From: Ascidiella aspersa
Lineage: Eukaryota
DNA length: 64,000 nt
Assembly: GCA_963924565.1 (NCBI GenBank)
Contig: OZ004609.1
Span: 5,580,001-5,644,000, forward strand
Direction: 5' to 3'
Shown: one piece after another, positions 12,396 through 25,296 of the stretch
Position numbering within the stretch: position 1 is the stretch's first letter
Layout: the number at the start of each line of letters is the position of its first letter
Notes under the pieces: generated by a model
Database searches by the model: none
Seen by the model: the letters and a program-made list of their open reading frames with translations, nothing else
What the model was told of the DNA's origin: nothing
Program-made: the position numbers and the translations under genes

Positions 12396-14286
12396 AACAT
12401 ATATACAAAAATAATAAACGTCATACGGATAAAAATGAAAGATTACTCAATAAGTTTTTAAAAACGTACAAGTTGCTCTCTCGTTTCACAAAGCCGTGAA
12501 CATTTAGTGGACCATCGCTTTTTAGACTGGCAAATTTTATTCGCTTAGTTGTGTCAGTTGAGAATACCTTATGTTGGTCTTTTTCGTTTTATATCGGATA
12601 AAAGTCAATTTTGTTAATAAATTTACACGTTATTCAAAAGTTGTCAAAATTTGAAATTTGTGAACGAAATGCCCAGCAAAATGAAACAAAATTTAAAAGC
12701 GTGTTGAAATTGTCTTTTAGCATAAGGCTTAGCTCGAATTGTTGCGTATCTCTGATTTTTGAAATGTATTAAACAATATTATCTGTATTTTTTCGGTGGG
12801 AATTTGCAAATTATACTATTTCCTATTCCAGTAGTGCGCTAAGGTTTTGTTAAATTTTGCATTTCTTTTTTTCTTGTATTTCAACTTAAACAACCTACTC
12901 AAGATTTTGCTAAATTTCACAACGTCTTGTTTTTGCATTTTTATATTTTTCTCTTTTTTTTTATATTTTTCTCTTTTTGATATAAAATATAACTAAGCAT
13001 TTTCTAGAATCTAGAGTTTTGCATACGCCTGAAAAACACACTGATTTGCGTTGCACCGGTTTTCAGTAAAACGTAAAAAAGTGGCTGCCACACTAAGACA
13101 CCAATTAATGCAGTACTTGGAATAACGCGTTGTTCGAATCAATGTATTCCTAACCGGCAGTAACTGGTCAAAATTATAATTTGATAGGTCAAAATTTATT
13201 CTCTTTTGGTAAAATAATAATGGCCCTAGTCATGACCACAAAAAGTAACTATCAGTGTGCAATGGTCAATTTATCAACCCAACCCTAAAAACATTTAAGT
13301 TGTTACCTTCATAACCCATACCCATTACCCATTCTTACAATTGACCTCTATCAGCAGTGAACTTAGCCTGATTGGATGTCCACGATCGGTATAGTAATAC
13401 ATTCTGCAAGGTATATGATTATAGCTGCAAAGGGGTCTCACGTCGAATATGTGGTCTTGCCCATTGCTGACAGTTAAAGTACGCACTGTCATCTCTTGCG
13501 AAATGGATACTGGAAAGTTCTACGAAGAACAGCGGCGTAGGGAACGGCGTTTATAGAACTTCCAGGACAGCGTAGACCAGCTCGCAGAGGTTTTGTTGTA
13601 ATTTGAGTCCTTTTGTATTGAAGCTTTCAATGCTGTCTCTTCAAAATTGTCTGTTGCGCAGCCGGCCGTTTAGTCGACCGTGTGACGTGTGTACATTTGT
13701 TGTTAGCTAAGTTGTAGAAGAAGTTTATAGCCAACTGCCAAAGCAAACCCGATGGTTTTATTTGCTTGGGGCAATTTGGCCAAAATCCGGATTGAGGTGT
13801 TACGACAAGCGAGGTATTTATTGATAGAAGTAAATACTGATTATACGTTAAACTGCCGGAGAATGTTGCACGCGACAGATTTAGAAAGCAATGGACGGTT
13901 ACACATTTGGGATAGGCAAAACATATAGTTTTGAACGAAGATAAAAAAAGAGAAAGAGAAAGCGAAAAAGCACTGTTTCAAATGGATACAAGCATTAGAA
14001 GAAGTATTTTTAGTCAAAAATTCTAACTTTTTAATTCAGACAGTACACATAAAGTGTGTGTATAGGTGGCACTTTCGCAAAACCGATTTGGTTAAAACAT
14101 TTAGCGCGACCTCTAACAGGCCTTACAACAAGGTTGATATTAGATGCTGCTATTTGTTTTGTATTACCGCCATTGGTATATTCCAACGTAGTAAAACTTG
14201 TTAAGATAAACCTAATACTTTTTTTTAAGTTGTCCCGGAAAAAATTTAGTTGCCCCGGAAAGACATCCACTGTTATAACCACCATT

Positions 14287-17200
14287 ATGTCTAACTTGCT
14301 TTTAACAACTGAAAACCCGACACGCAAGTTTTACTGGAGAAAGATAGTTCCAAGCGATTACGAAGAGGTGAAACAAATCATGATAAACCATTTCGTGAAG
14401 TGGGAACCGCTCAGTTCCACGATAGGAGTTACTCCTGAAACCGGAGCATTGGATCTTACCAACGACTCATGGGTAAATAAAATGCAGGAAATATTAGGTT
14501 CAAACCCTTAATAGAAATGTGGACAACTGCGAAATAAGACTAGTTTTAATTTTATTAAAAACCATAGCTATGCTGTACCGACAGGGTTTTATATGCCGAT
14601 TCGTATGCTGCATATACAATCAAGACACATTTACTTCTCCTTTCGGCGGAAAGGAGGTGCTTTATCTTTACAATTGCACGATTAAATTGAATACATTTTT
14701 CCAGTTTGACCACAGTAATGACGTCATTTTGTATCGTATCAAATGCCCACACATTTAACCCAAAAATAAGTAAAATTTTTTGATGTATCTTAAATACCGA
14801 GCCCAAATGTGATGGCCATAGTTTACAAACGTCGCTCATGTATATTTGGGTGTAAGACCAATACTTGGCAATTTACAAAAGCAATCTATGGAGTATAGAC
14901 TGTAAGACAATTGTCTCATTAATCTTCCGTTTTGTGACAGGCAAGTGTACAAGATGGCCAGTCAATCTGTGTGTACGAACCTGAGGACAACAACAAGATT
15001 GTTGCAATTCGCACGGCATCCGGTCCTTACTCGCCAGATAAAAGATTAAAAGCATGGGGAGGAGGAAAGAAACTACCATTACAACTGGAGCAGATGTACA
15101 GAGTAAGACCACTATAGGAAAAAAAATATTATGCCTATACTTGTCTACATGGTTATACTTTAGGTAAAATTTCCCGAATATATTCAACCCCACAAAATTA
15201 TGATACAAAAGTTTACATTGTATTGTTTTTCGGCCACAAAATATAAAAATACTAGCACAGCAAAATGTGTGCAACTTTTATTGTTTTAAGTTTTATTTTT
15301 GCAATTGCAGTAAGAGCGGAATTCTAGAGCAGTGGTTCGCAAATATAGTTGGTGGCGACCCAACATTTGTTTTTATATGGGCCGAAAATTTATTTTCGGG
15401 ACATATCTTGTTTTTGCCGCTATTCTTTTTTGGTTTCCTATGGTTTCCTATGGTTTGTTTCAGACCGAGTTTTGTCCGAAGCTTTATAGAAAAAGTAGAC
15501 ATCGTAGAACCTTCAAATTTTCAGACATGGCGTAGAGTGGTATGAAGGTGCTTTGTAAAAGTTTATGAGGCTGCACTCCCAGGGGCCTTTGCTTGGGGGG
15601 TAAAAACCTGAAATATTGCGTTTTAGCACTTTGTAGCTAACGACAGCCATCTAGCAGCAGAAAAACTTTCATACAGAATTCGTTCATATTCGCTTGCTTT
15701 GTCCAGCTCGCGTCGCGACGAGGCGGCTACTGGCATCCCTGCTGCGCCCTATTGTCCCGCGCGTGCAACATTTGTGTTGGAAGTGGCTTGCCTAGTAAAA
15801 CTATGCACATGCGACTTGCCTTTCATAAAGAGGCCTCTCTAAGTAAAAAAAACTATTGCTCTTACAACACAAAATATTTTACCACCGCAAATTTAAATGC
15901 GAATCCTACAGGCAGTGTACACATCTCTGTTAGCACATGTTGTAATTGTTGCACCATTCAAACATATCAACACCAGGTCTAAGCAAATATAATTATACAA
16001 GGGCCGCAACAACAAAAAGCTTAAGTTTAACGCATTCTTAACGACGACGTTACAAAGCTACGTCATAACATGGCGTCATAAATAAATAAATCTTGCGTTT
16101 ATTGGATTTAAATTGGCAAAACTTTCAATATAAAACGTGGCTTATTAGGCACATAACGTGTTTGCATATTGCTCAAAACTACAGATTTAAACTCTGTTTC
16201 AACAGTGATTGCTCAGACCAAGGCATGGTAAAAATTTACACAGTAAAAGTTGGAAAAAGTATAGCAAACCATAGACGTTAAATCATTTAGAGAGAATGAA
16301 AATATTGACTTTTTACACATGCTAGCTGACCAAAATGTAATAACATGGCCGTAAGCATTATCTACGTAAATTTTTATTGATCAAATGTATGTTTCGATCA
16401 TTTGCCAAAATCTACGCCATATTTGAACCCCCTTCGCTTCAAAGCCATAAGTTATTATATTATTATACACAACTCATAATTGTGTGTAGATATGTTGGAT
16501 TGGAGTAACATACAGAACAGGTGCAAATAGCAAATATTCTCCAAATACGATGTTTCCAATATTCTCCAAATCGTATTTCATCGTATTGTCGCGGTAATAC
16601 ACAAAGAGGTAAGGCCGTGAATAAAGTTTCACCCACCGTACAATTAACGGAGGGAAGCATTTCGAGTAGGGATGTTCAAGGCAGAATATCGGCGACACAT
16701 TTATAATGCTTGCTTTAAATGCGGCGTCAGCATTTTTTGGGGCGACCAATTACTTCGCGATAAGCTTCGCGTAATAATTAAGTGTCAATAGGGTGTATTT
16801 ACCGCCGCAAGTTTAAATGCGAAATCTTAAGGCAGTCTACGCCTCTCTGTTAGCACCTGTTGTGCATCTTGCTCCAACCAGCATACCAACATCAGACCTA
16901 AACTTATCTAGCAAAACTTTCGATTTAATAGTTTGCGTATTAGGCACGTAATAGTGTTTTTCATATTGTTTGAAACGACAGATTTAAAGCCTGTTTTAAC
17001 AGTGATTGCTCGGACCAAGCTATGGTAAAAAATTACCTAGTGAAAGTTTGCAAAAGTATAGCAAACCATAGGCGTTAAACCATTTTTAGTCTTTAAGAGA
17101 ATGATAATATTTGATTTTCAAACACGTAAGCTGGTCAAAATTTAATAAAATAGCCATATGCATTATCTAAGTAAATTCTATTTATCAAATATATGTTTCG

Positions 17201-19549
17201 ATCATTCCCCAAATTCTACGCCATATTTGAACCACTTTCGCATCAAAGGCACATTTTAAGTGGGGAAGTTTTCGGCCCATATCTGTTTTTGCTTGCAGAA
17301 ACAAGTTAAGGAAAATGAAAAACAAAATATATAATATAAAGTACACAATACAAAATATTAAAAAAAAAATTAAAAAAAAAAAATTAAAATAAAGTAAAAA
17401 TTGAAAATAAACACTAAGCCCTGAAAATATATCCCCTGACAAAATATACAACAACCGCACCCCCGTCTAGTTTTTATACTTACTTTAATCGCGTCTAGCG
17501 TTGTCACACGACACATACTCAGGCCTCGTAAATTTTCGAGCTTACCTTGTTGGACACAAATAAACTAGACGAGGCCCTGTACCCTAAATTTGTTTTTGAC
17601 CAATTGTAATTATTGAAAAACCAAACTGTACACTTAGCTGGAATCTATTTAGCCATATAGTTTGTTTTATTCGAGGAAATCTTTTTATCTTGTTTAGCTT
17701 TTTCTCTGTCGTCAAAGTATCGCAAGCATTTCGGCTGCTACGATTAAAAGTTATACAAACTAAATCTATTTAATTGTACGCTTAAAACGCAAAATCTTTT
17801 ATATCTTTACAATGCAAAGTGAACATTAAATACAAATTTTACCAAAGTGTTCGCAAAACTTTGCCGACATAAACTCGCTACTTCATTATGCTTCACGCGA
17901 ATCTTTACGTGGTTTGTGCGTTTCTATACAGCATGGTTGTTTAAAAAGCTATTCACCTAAAACAACAAGCGAATAAACATACTGTAGTTCCTTGAGTGCA
18001 TGTCATTTGGACCAGAACAAGTCGTCCAGAAATATGCGGGTGATGAAAAGTTCGTGAAAGGTGTACTGGTGTCAGTGGTTGAAGAATGTTTTCAACTGGG
18101 CCTGGGAAGAGCAATCCTTAAAAAGTAAGTTTCATCTTGTCACGTTACTGTATCGAATGTTGCTGGACTAACTGAGAACAATTGATCATCATATGCAGAA
18201 ACAGTCGAAAAAATTGTTCATAAAATGATAATATTAATGTTTTGTTAATGTTCAAGGCTGGTTATTTTCCAAACGACGCTAGATTTTTAAGGCATTTTTC
18301 TCAAAAAAGAGTTGCATTGATGGTGCTCTCATATAGTTATAACATCTTAAAAATTAAACCAAAGACGGTGAAATATTCGTGATTGGTTTTGGTAAAATCA
18401 TGTTTCCACTATCAGCCCAGTCTAGTAAAGTTTCACCACGCTAAATTACAAGCACGCATTTCGCCACCTGCAATACTAAATTAAGATCGGTTTACCTGGT
18501 GTTATTATGCCACGATTATCGCACATCTGTGCCGTGCAGTGTGCCAAGTCAGCTAAATTACAAGCTGCTGTAAAGAGAAAATAAGTTGTGTCAATTTCAC
18601 ACTAAACACATGGTCTTTGCTTAAAGAGAATAATCTTGCGATAACAATCGTTACATAAAAAGCCGACTTTGAATATCACAGTTAGACCACCTTGTAAGAG
18701 AATCTGCTTTACTTACAAAAAGTAAAACCCCCAACAACCCCCTGGATACGCTACTGAATGCAGCCACCCATAAAAAAGTTTAATTTCAAATGCAAAAAGC
18801 GGAGCTGGCAGGCAAGATTCGCGTGGTTGCAGCTGTAGTGCTTATTGCTATATAGAACCATATGGTTTTGGATAATGTTTACCGTATCAATAGCTGTAGG
18901 TATAAGTGTTACTCATAGCTGTAGGTATAAGTGTTAACCTAGGGCCTAGGCCTTAGGGTATATGACCAAACTCTGTTTACATTTTACAATCAAGATTCAT
19001 TTGTTCGAATCGTACCAATGCATTTAATTTGAAAATTGTTGTTCTGTCGCGACTGAACAATTTTTTTGTGACTTTTGGTGTACCTTCAACCTCCTAAAAT
19101 TTACACAAAACTGCAAAAACGCAATTTCAGAAATGGGCAATCTTTTTGTTTTGATTTGTCCCTTTTATATTAAATGTTTTAAGCGTCCTGACGTAGTGTC
19201 ACACTGGTTAAATACGTAGGCTACGATAAAGTGAAAACGACTTTAATTTTTTTTAAATTGTAAATTTTGTTTAACACTGTTTAATTCTAAGAGAACCATA
19301 AATTGATTTTATTTTCATAGATCGTGGGAGCTTGCCAAAGAAGCAGGTTGCAAGTATTTCTTTGCTGAATTGACATCGGCTTACACGGCGATCATATTCC
19401 GCAAAGCAGGAGCAAAAATCATCCAAGATATTCCCTATTGTGACTACAAGGATCCTGTGTCCGGCGAAACAATCATGTCTAAATGCAAAGAGCCTCATGT
19501 CTCTGGTAAAACCGTTGTAATTGATCTCGATGACAAGTCGTGGATGTAA
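14287..19549 (+). CDS. Insect-AANAT/dopamine N-acetyltransferase-like GNAT acyltransferase, intact, 237 aa (copy C)
   Basis: Exons 14287-14472, 14941-15102, 17988-18124, 19321-19549 total 714 nt, in frame, GT-AG. Motifs HFVKWEPL, motif A VSVVEECFQLGLGRAI, ELTSAYTA and KEPH correspond to Drosophila Dat FFKDEPL, LSVDTNYRGLGIA, CSSHYS and APH (recalled from memory). Confidence 0.9.
15880..17255. repeat. Diverged direct repeat in intron 2 of copy C (15880-16445 vs 16800-17255)
   Basis: Both units start acc(a/g)ccgcaa...tttaaatgcgaa and share long colinear blocks ending in ...ctacgccatatttgaacc. Confidence 0.85.
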
Positions 19550-21673
19550 TTGTGTTTGTTCTTTAATGTAGCCTAATTATATTTGCAATTCTAGCAAGTT
19601 TTTTATCTATATGTAACGGCAGTGCTATACACTATCATAAAAAAATGTTTTTTGTCCTATAAATTTGATTCGTAAACGACTAACACCAGCATCGTAAACA
19701 ACTAACAATTGTATCACTTTTGTTAAGACTTATTTTACCTGTTTTCAAAATGTCAACATTCCATTAAAGATCCAATAAATATAATGTCGTGGTTTTATTT
19801 CGTTGGGTTAGGGAAGTAAAACACGCCAAAATGTTTCGCAAAATTGATGATTTTTAATAAATTCTGTTTGTAAGTTTAAATTTGCCTTTTTATCTGAGTG
19901 TTGGCTGTTACTTAGTAGTTTTTTGTCAATAATATTTTCTTGAAAAAATATTTTTATACTTGAATGGTTTTCGTGGTCGCCCAATACTGCAATCATGTTT
20001 GGTATATTTTTGAGATATTTAACAATAGTAAATATGCGTTTTTACAGTGTTATTAATACAGCGTCCTTGATTGTTTAAGGCCTAAACTTTAGGCTTATGT
20101 GCCAAGAAGAAGTAAAATAACAAAGTTTTTTTTTCCGTAGTTTCGTAAACTACAAAGAACCAGTGTTGTAAACAAGTCACTTTGAAATGACGTATGTCCC
20201 GGTCATGTCATTTGTGAAATAACTTAAGTGCAACGCCATTCCTTTTGAATAGATATCATGCCAAGTCCTAATTAGAGCAAATCATTTCATAGTCAAGTGA
20301 TTGTAGTAAAAATAATACTTTAGACAATTAAAATTGGAAAACTCGTTTAAAATAATCGTAAATCGGAAACTCGTTTGATGTCATTTGATTACTCAAATAA
20401 AAGTTAACTACAACGCAACATATACCAAGTAAGTTGATCTTATGTGCAAACATAAGATGAAAAACTCAATTTGAAAAAAAATCCTTGAAATCTCTTATTT
20501 CAAAGTTCAAAGCAAAGTTCGAAATCCGGCCGGCGATCGAATTCAATGCTCTTCAACCTTAATTACCGTTGCATACCTTTAACAACCGTTAAATACCTGG
20601 TTTGTATAAGAAAAACAGTAAAGTGGAGAAGGCACACTTTTTGTAGGAGGTTCCTGTACAACGTGATCTTCAATATGGAGCAGTGGTTTTCAAACTTAAA
20701 AAAAATACGCAACGTTCCCCTAGCAATTTTTAAATTGCTCACGGTGCCCCTAATAATATACAAAAAACATTTTGTGTTATTGGTATCAATGGGACGGGTG
20801 AACTTGCTTCTTGCTATCAGCCCGGCTATGTTTGGTTTTGTTGATTTTAGTATTGTAACGCTAACTAAATTTTTTTTGCTTCGCATGGACCAGTGTAGGC
20901 AATAAATTTTTATAGATGGCGTCATAAATTTACATCATAATACAAACATACTTCAGAAATTTGCTGTTTCAGGTCCTAAATATGTGAAATGAAATAAAGT
21001 CTAAATATATTCAGAGCAAAAACGTTTTGTTTTTAATATAGCCTACTTTTTGTTGTTGAAAAATTAATTGCCTAAATATACGCTAATAGTTAAATTTGGC
21101 TTTCATGGACCCCCTAAAACTAGTCGTACATGGACCCCAGTTGAAGAACCCCTGAACTAGATCATTGGTTGCAACGGATATATTGTTACGTCATGATAAT
21201 ACACATAGAAATCATATTACATTTATCACTGTAACAAGCATTAAAGATGTCAGCTAAATAAACCAGAGTGAATATAAAACTTAAGGTCTTAAATCGTTTT
21301 TATGAGCCGGCGATTTTTACTTTTTAAAAACAAGGCATTAACTGCCATTGCAATCAAAGCAAACCAATTAATTTTACTGGCAGAGATATTCTATTCAAGG
21401 ACTTTAACTTGAGTTAAGAAGTTTTTGTAAAATACTTAAGTTTTCCTCAAGTTAAAAAAATGAATCACCAAGGTTTCGTGACGCTCAGTTTGAGAACCCC
21501 TGGATTAAAGATTGATATATCTTGGTATCATTTAACACAGTGTAAATCTTCGCCTTTTGCTAAATACAAAAATATTTTATATTGGTTGCATATTGCATAG
21601 TGGGCTTCAGTCGAAAACCTGTTTGAAAACCGCATTCTACGTTTTTAACGCCTAAAGGGAGAATCCTTTAAGG

Positions 21674-22153
21674 CAGGGATGTCCAACCTTTTAGCAGAAT
21701 GGGCCGCATTGCCACTTTTAAAATTTCGATGGGCCGCAAAATCTCTCAAATTAAAGGGGTGACGTCAAAAGTTGCGTTATATCGTGACGTCATAAAACAA
21801 CCTAACTTATAAACACCCGTTCTTCGAGAGTAAAATTGTGCGCAAATATGCGAAAATTTAAGTTTTTACGTGTTTGGGCTGACATATTATTTAAAACGGT
21901 CCGGAAAAACACACATTCAGAAAAACAAACATCTTGCTTAGCAATGATGGGTGCACAAAGTGCTCGATGGATGTTGAAATGCGACATTAGACTCGATTAT
22001 AAAAAACACAAGATTATGCCTACATCAAATACTGCGCGATCTTCACGTTTTGATGATAGTCGAAACAACTGTTTTTAATAAAGGCTACTGAAAGTGAGAA
22101 TTAGTGGTGGGCCGCACGTAAATATCAGGCGGGCCGCAGGTTGGACATCCCTG
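21674..22153. mobile_element. hAT MITE (duplicate of 1673-2152)
   Basis: Same TIRs and CTTTAAGG TSD as 1673-2152. Confidence 0.92.
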
Positions 22154-22641
22154 CTTTAAGGCATGCAAACAATATCGTGCTCACGGCTTCCTCATCGCCC
22201 TAAAACCAGATGACATAATCGGTACTTATCTGCTAAATCGATCCAAAAGTTATTTTTAATAAAAAAATTAGCTAAAGTTGTTTTTACGAGATATCAAAAC
22301 CGTCGTGGAAAAACAAATTAAATCGGGGCAAAAAGTTAAAACTGAATGCTAACATCAGCAAAAGTGTAAACGGAACGAAAACGTAGAATAATTGTTAAAA
22401 AAATCTAGAGCAACTGAAGGTTTTAATAGCAATTGTACGTTTACTTTAGGCATCGAGTGAAACAATAAGTTTAGAAAGACAGTCTGAATAAAAACAAAAA
22501 CAAAAAAATTGTAACCTGCGACGTTTATTATGGGTCACGCAGCGTAGTTTTGCAGATCGAAAAGGCCTGTAGGTTTATCCAGCAATTATCCAATCTATCG
22601 AAGATTCTGGATAAAGGGCTTTTTGAACCTTATCTGGAATA

Positions 22642-25296
22642 ATGTCGAATTTGCTTTTATCAAGCAAAAAGCCGACACTCAAGTTTTACTAGAGGAAGCT
22701 CGTACCAGGCGACTATGAAGCGGTAGAATAAATTATAACAAAGCATTTTGTGAAGTGGGGTCCCTTCAGTGTAACGCTAGGAATTACTGTGGAAACCGGG
22801 GCATTCGACCTCGTCGACGACATGTGGGTAAATAAATTTCAATTTAAAACACATTTTTTGCTCTGTGATTGACTCAATTACCAACGTGGACAGTGCGTGT
22901 CAAACGATTCAAACGCGTTGTGTGGTTCATATAGGAATCCGCAGCCATTAGGGGGCAGATACAGTCGACAAGCAAACTTTTAAACAGAGTAAAACGTTTA
23001 CAGATTGTGTCCTTATATTGGCAAAGTATGTGATCGACCTACCAATAGAAATGTGCGGAACGTAAACCAAATACTTCACATTTTTTTCGCGATTCTGTAT
23101 TCTGAAACGTACACCTTCCAAGCGATATATTCGGCTTAGAAATAGAAATTATGCTGATATACAAAAATAAATAGTCGTTTATGGTAACTAACCTGTGATA
23201 CGTTGCGTATTTTTTCCTACTTGAAATTAGTACAATCAAGAAAAGAATTGTAAATACCTCCAGGTACTCTTACTGCAGTATATACGACTTAATTTTGCAG
23301 TTTGACATCTCGATTACTCCTCTCTCCCTTTACTTTGCATGCAAATCATCGCTTTGATGTTTTTTTTAGATAATCTAATATAACAATTTTTTTTTTAGAT
23401 AATCTAATATAAAAATAAAAAATGTAAATTTTCGACAAAATAAAAGAACGTGACCCGGAAATGTTCGTTCAGAATAAATAAATATTACAAAAATACGTAG
23501 AATAATATCGCAATAATGACAAAACGTATTTAAGTGGTTTAAATTGCCTTTGTGTAAATTAGTTTTGTTTTACATATGGGGGTAAAATATGACCAGTCAA
23601 TATGCGCGTACGATCCAAGAAACAACAACAAGATAGTTGGAATTCGCTTGGCATCAGGCCCTTACTCGCCGAGAAGAAGAAAGCCAAAGATGGGAGATGG
23701 GATAAAACGACCTTTACAACTGGCGCAAGCCTACAGGGTAAGTAAATATTCATAAAAATGTAAGTACTTAATAGCTTGGTATAGTTTGCTCCACGAATCG
23801 ACTGTTTTGTTGTTTTCAGAAATATTATTTGGAACAGCTTGGTCCTTTTTATCCAATTCTTATGTTTTAAGGTACCGATAAACAACAGTCAATGTTGTAA
23901 GGATTTGCTATGGTTTTGTTAGATAATTGAGTGTTTGTCATTTGGTTCAAATGATGTCGTGGAGTCATACGCTGGCTATGAAAAGTTCATGAAAGGAATG
24001 ATAGTATGTGTGGCTGAAGAATACCATCAACTGGGCTTGGGCGGAGCATTAATGCACAAGTAAGCTACACCATTATTTACCAATGATATTAAAGATAGGT
24101 AAATAGTTTTATAAGACAACTAAAATCATTCGAAGTTAGTTACTGAGGATGCTCATAGCAGTGAAATATTTTTATCGTATAACATCAAAAGTTTAAACAA
24201 ACTAATTTTCGGTTCACCTAGTTTTGTACTTAGTTTAATCTTAATCATTGATGTGCAACGAGAATCGTTTGCTTTTTACCATTTTAGTTCTGGCTGATGC
24301 TGTTATTCCAAACAAAATTTTGAATAAATAGATAAAGTAGATAAAGTAGTATTAATAACTACCTTTCCGAAACGGATAAAGACCATTTTGCCCTGGGAGT
24401 CATAAAAGGTTTTCATGTTGGGATAAGACATAGCAAAGTAACAATTGTTCTGCAAGAAAAAAACAGTAGTACTCAGAATAAGTTGATAACTTATTACATT
24501 TAACTGGTCATACCACTATTCATTTGTTGAATTTTAGTTGGGGAGTAGCAACAAAACGGTAAACCAGATTAAAATGTGGGCCTAGTAAAGCTGCTTATAA
24601 ATCCTTACCTCAATTCAACTCTAAATTCAACCTGCGTTATTAAGACAGCTGAATAAACTGATTAAAGCTGTTTTTGTAAACAGAACAGAACCCTTAAGGT
24701 AAACGCACAAAAAAAGCCTCACTTTAAAATGCGTTTAGAAAAAATAAACACTAACAAGCCCCAACACACAATACAGAGTAGAGACTGCAACCATAATTTT
24801 AGCTCAAGGTTGATCCTGAACATAGACCTTACCTAATAAATTACATTTTTCCGATTATAGGCAAAGCTGAAAATTGTAGTTAAACAATTTGTGCAAAAAA
24901 AGACGCCGTCACTCAATTAGTGTTATAAATGCAATTTCTTGAGGCGTTTTAAATACGGAGGACGATAATTATACGAAAAAATGTTTCTTCAGGCCAAAAA
25001 TCTTGCCCTACCACAATATAACACGATAGTAGTGATTTAAAAACAACTATTGGAATGTTTTTAGCAGATCGTGGGATCTTGCCAAAGAAGCGAGATGCAA
25101 ATTTGTCTTTGCCGAGTTGTCGTCGGCTTACTCAGCTAAGATATTTGCTGAAGTAGGAGCAAATATTATAAAAGAGATTCACTATTCGGAGTACACGGAT
25201 TCAGTATCTGGCAAAAAGATCATGGCAAAATGCAAACCTCCGCATTTCTCTGCTAAAACCGTTGTTTTTGATCTCAATGAAAAATCATGGATGTAG
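22642..25296 (+). pseudogene. AANAT-like GNAT pseudogene (copy A2)
   Basis: Exons 22642-22827, 23576-23737, 23923-24059, 25068-25296. Exon 1 has two stops (TAG for Trp, and TAA). The exon 2 acceptor is mutated from AG to AT. Exon 4 is full length. Confidence 0.9.

Noticed and set aside
20001-20020. Initial duplication offset of exactly 20000 bp, suggesting an artificial construct
   Set aside because: The offset drifts to ~20030 through indels, and the copies carry independent, biologically patterned mutations.
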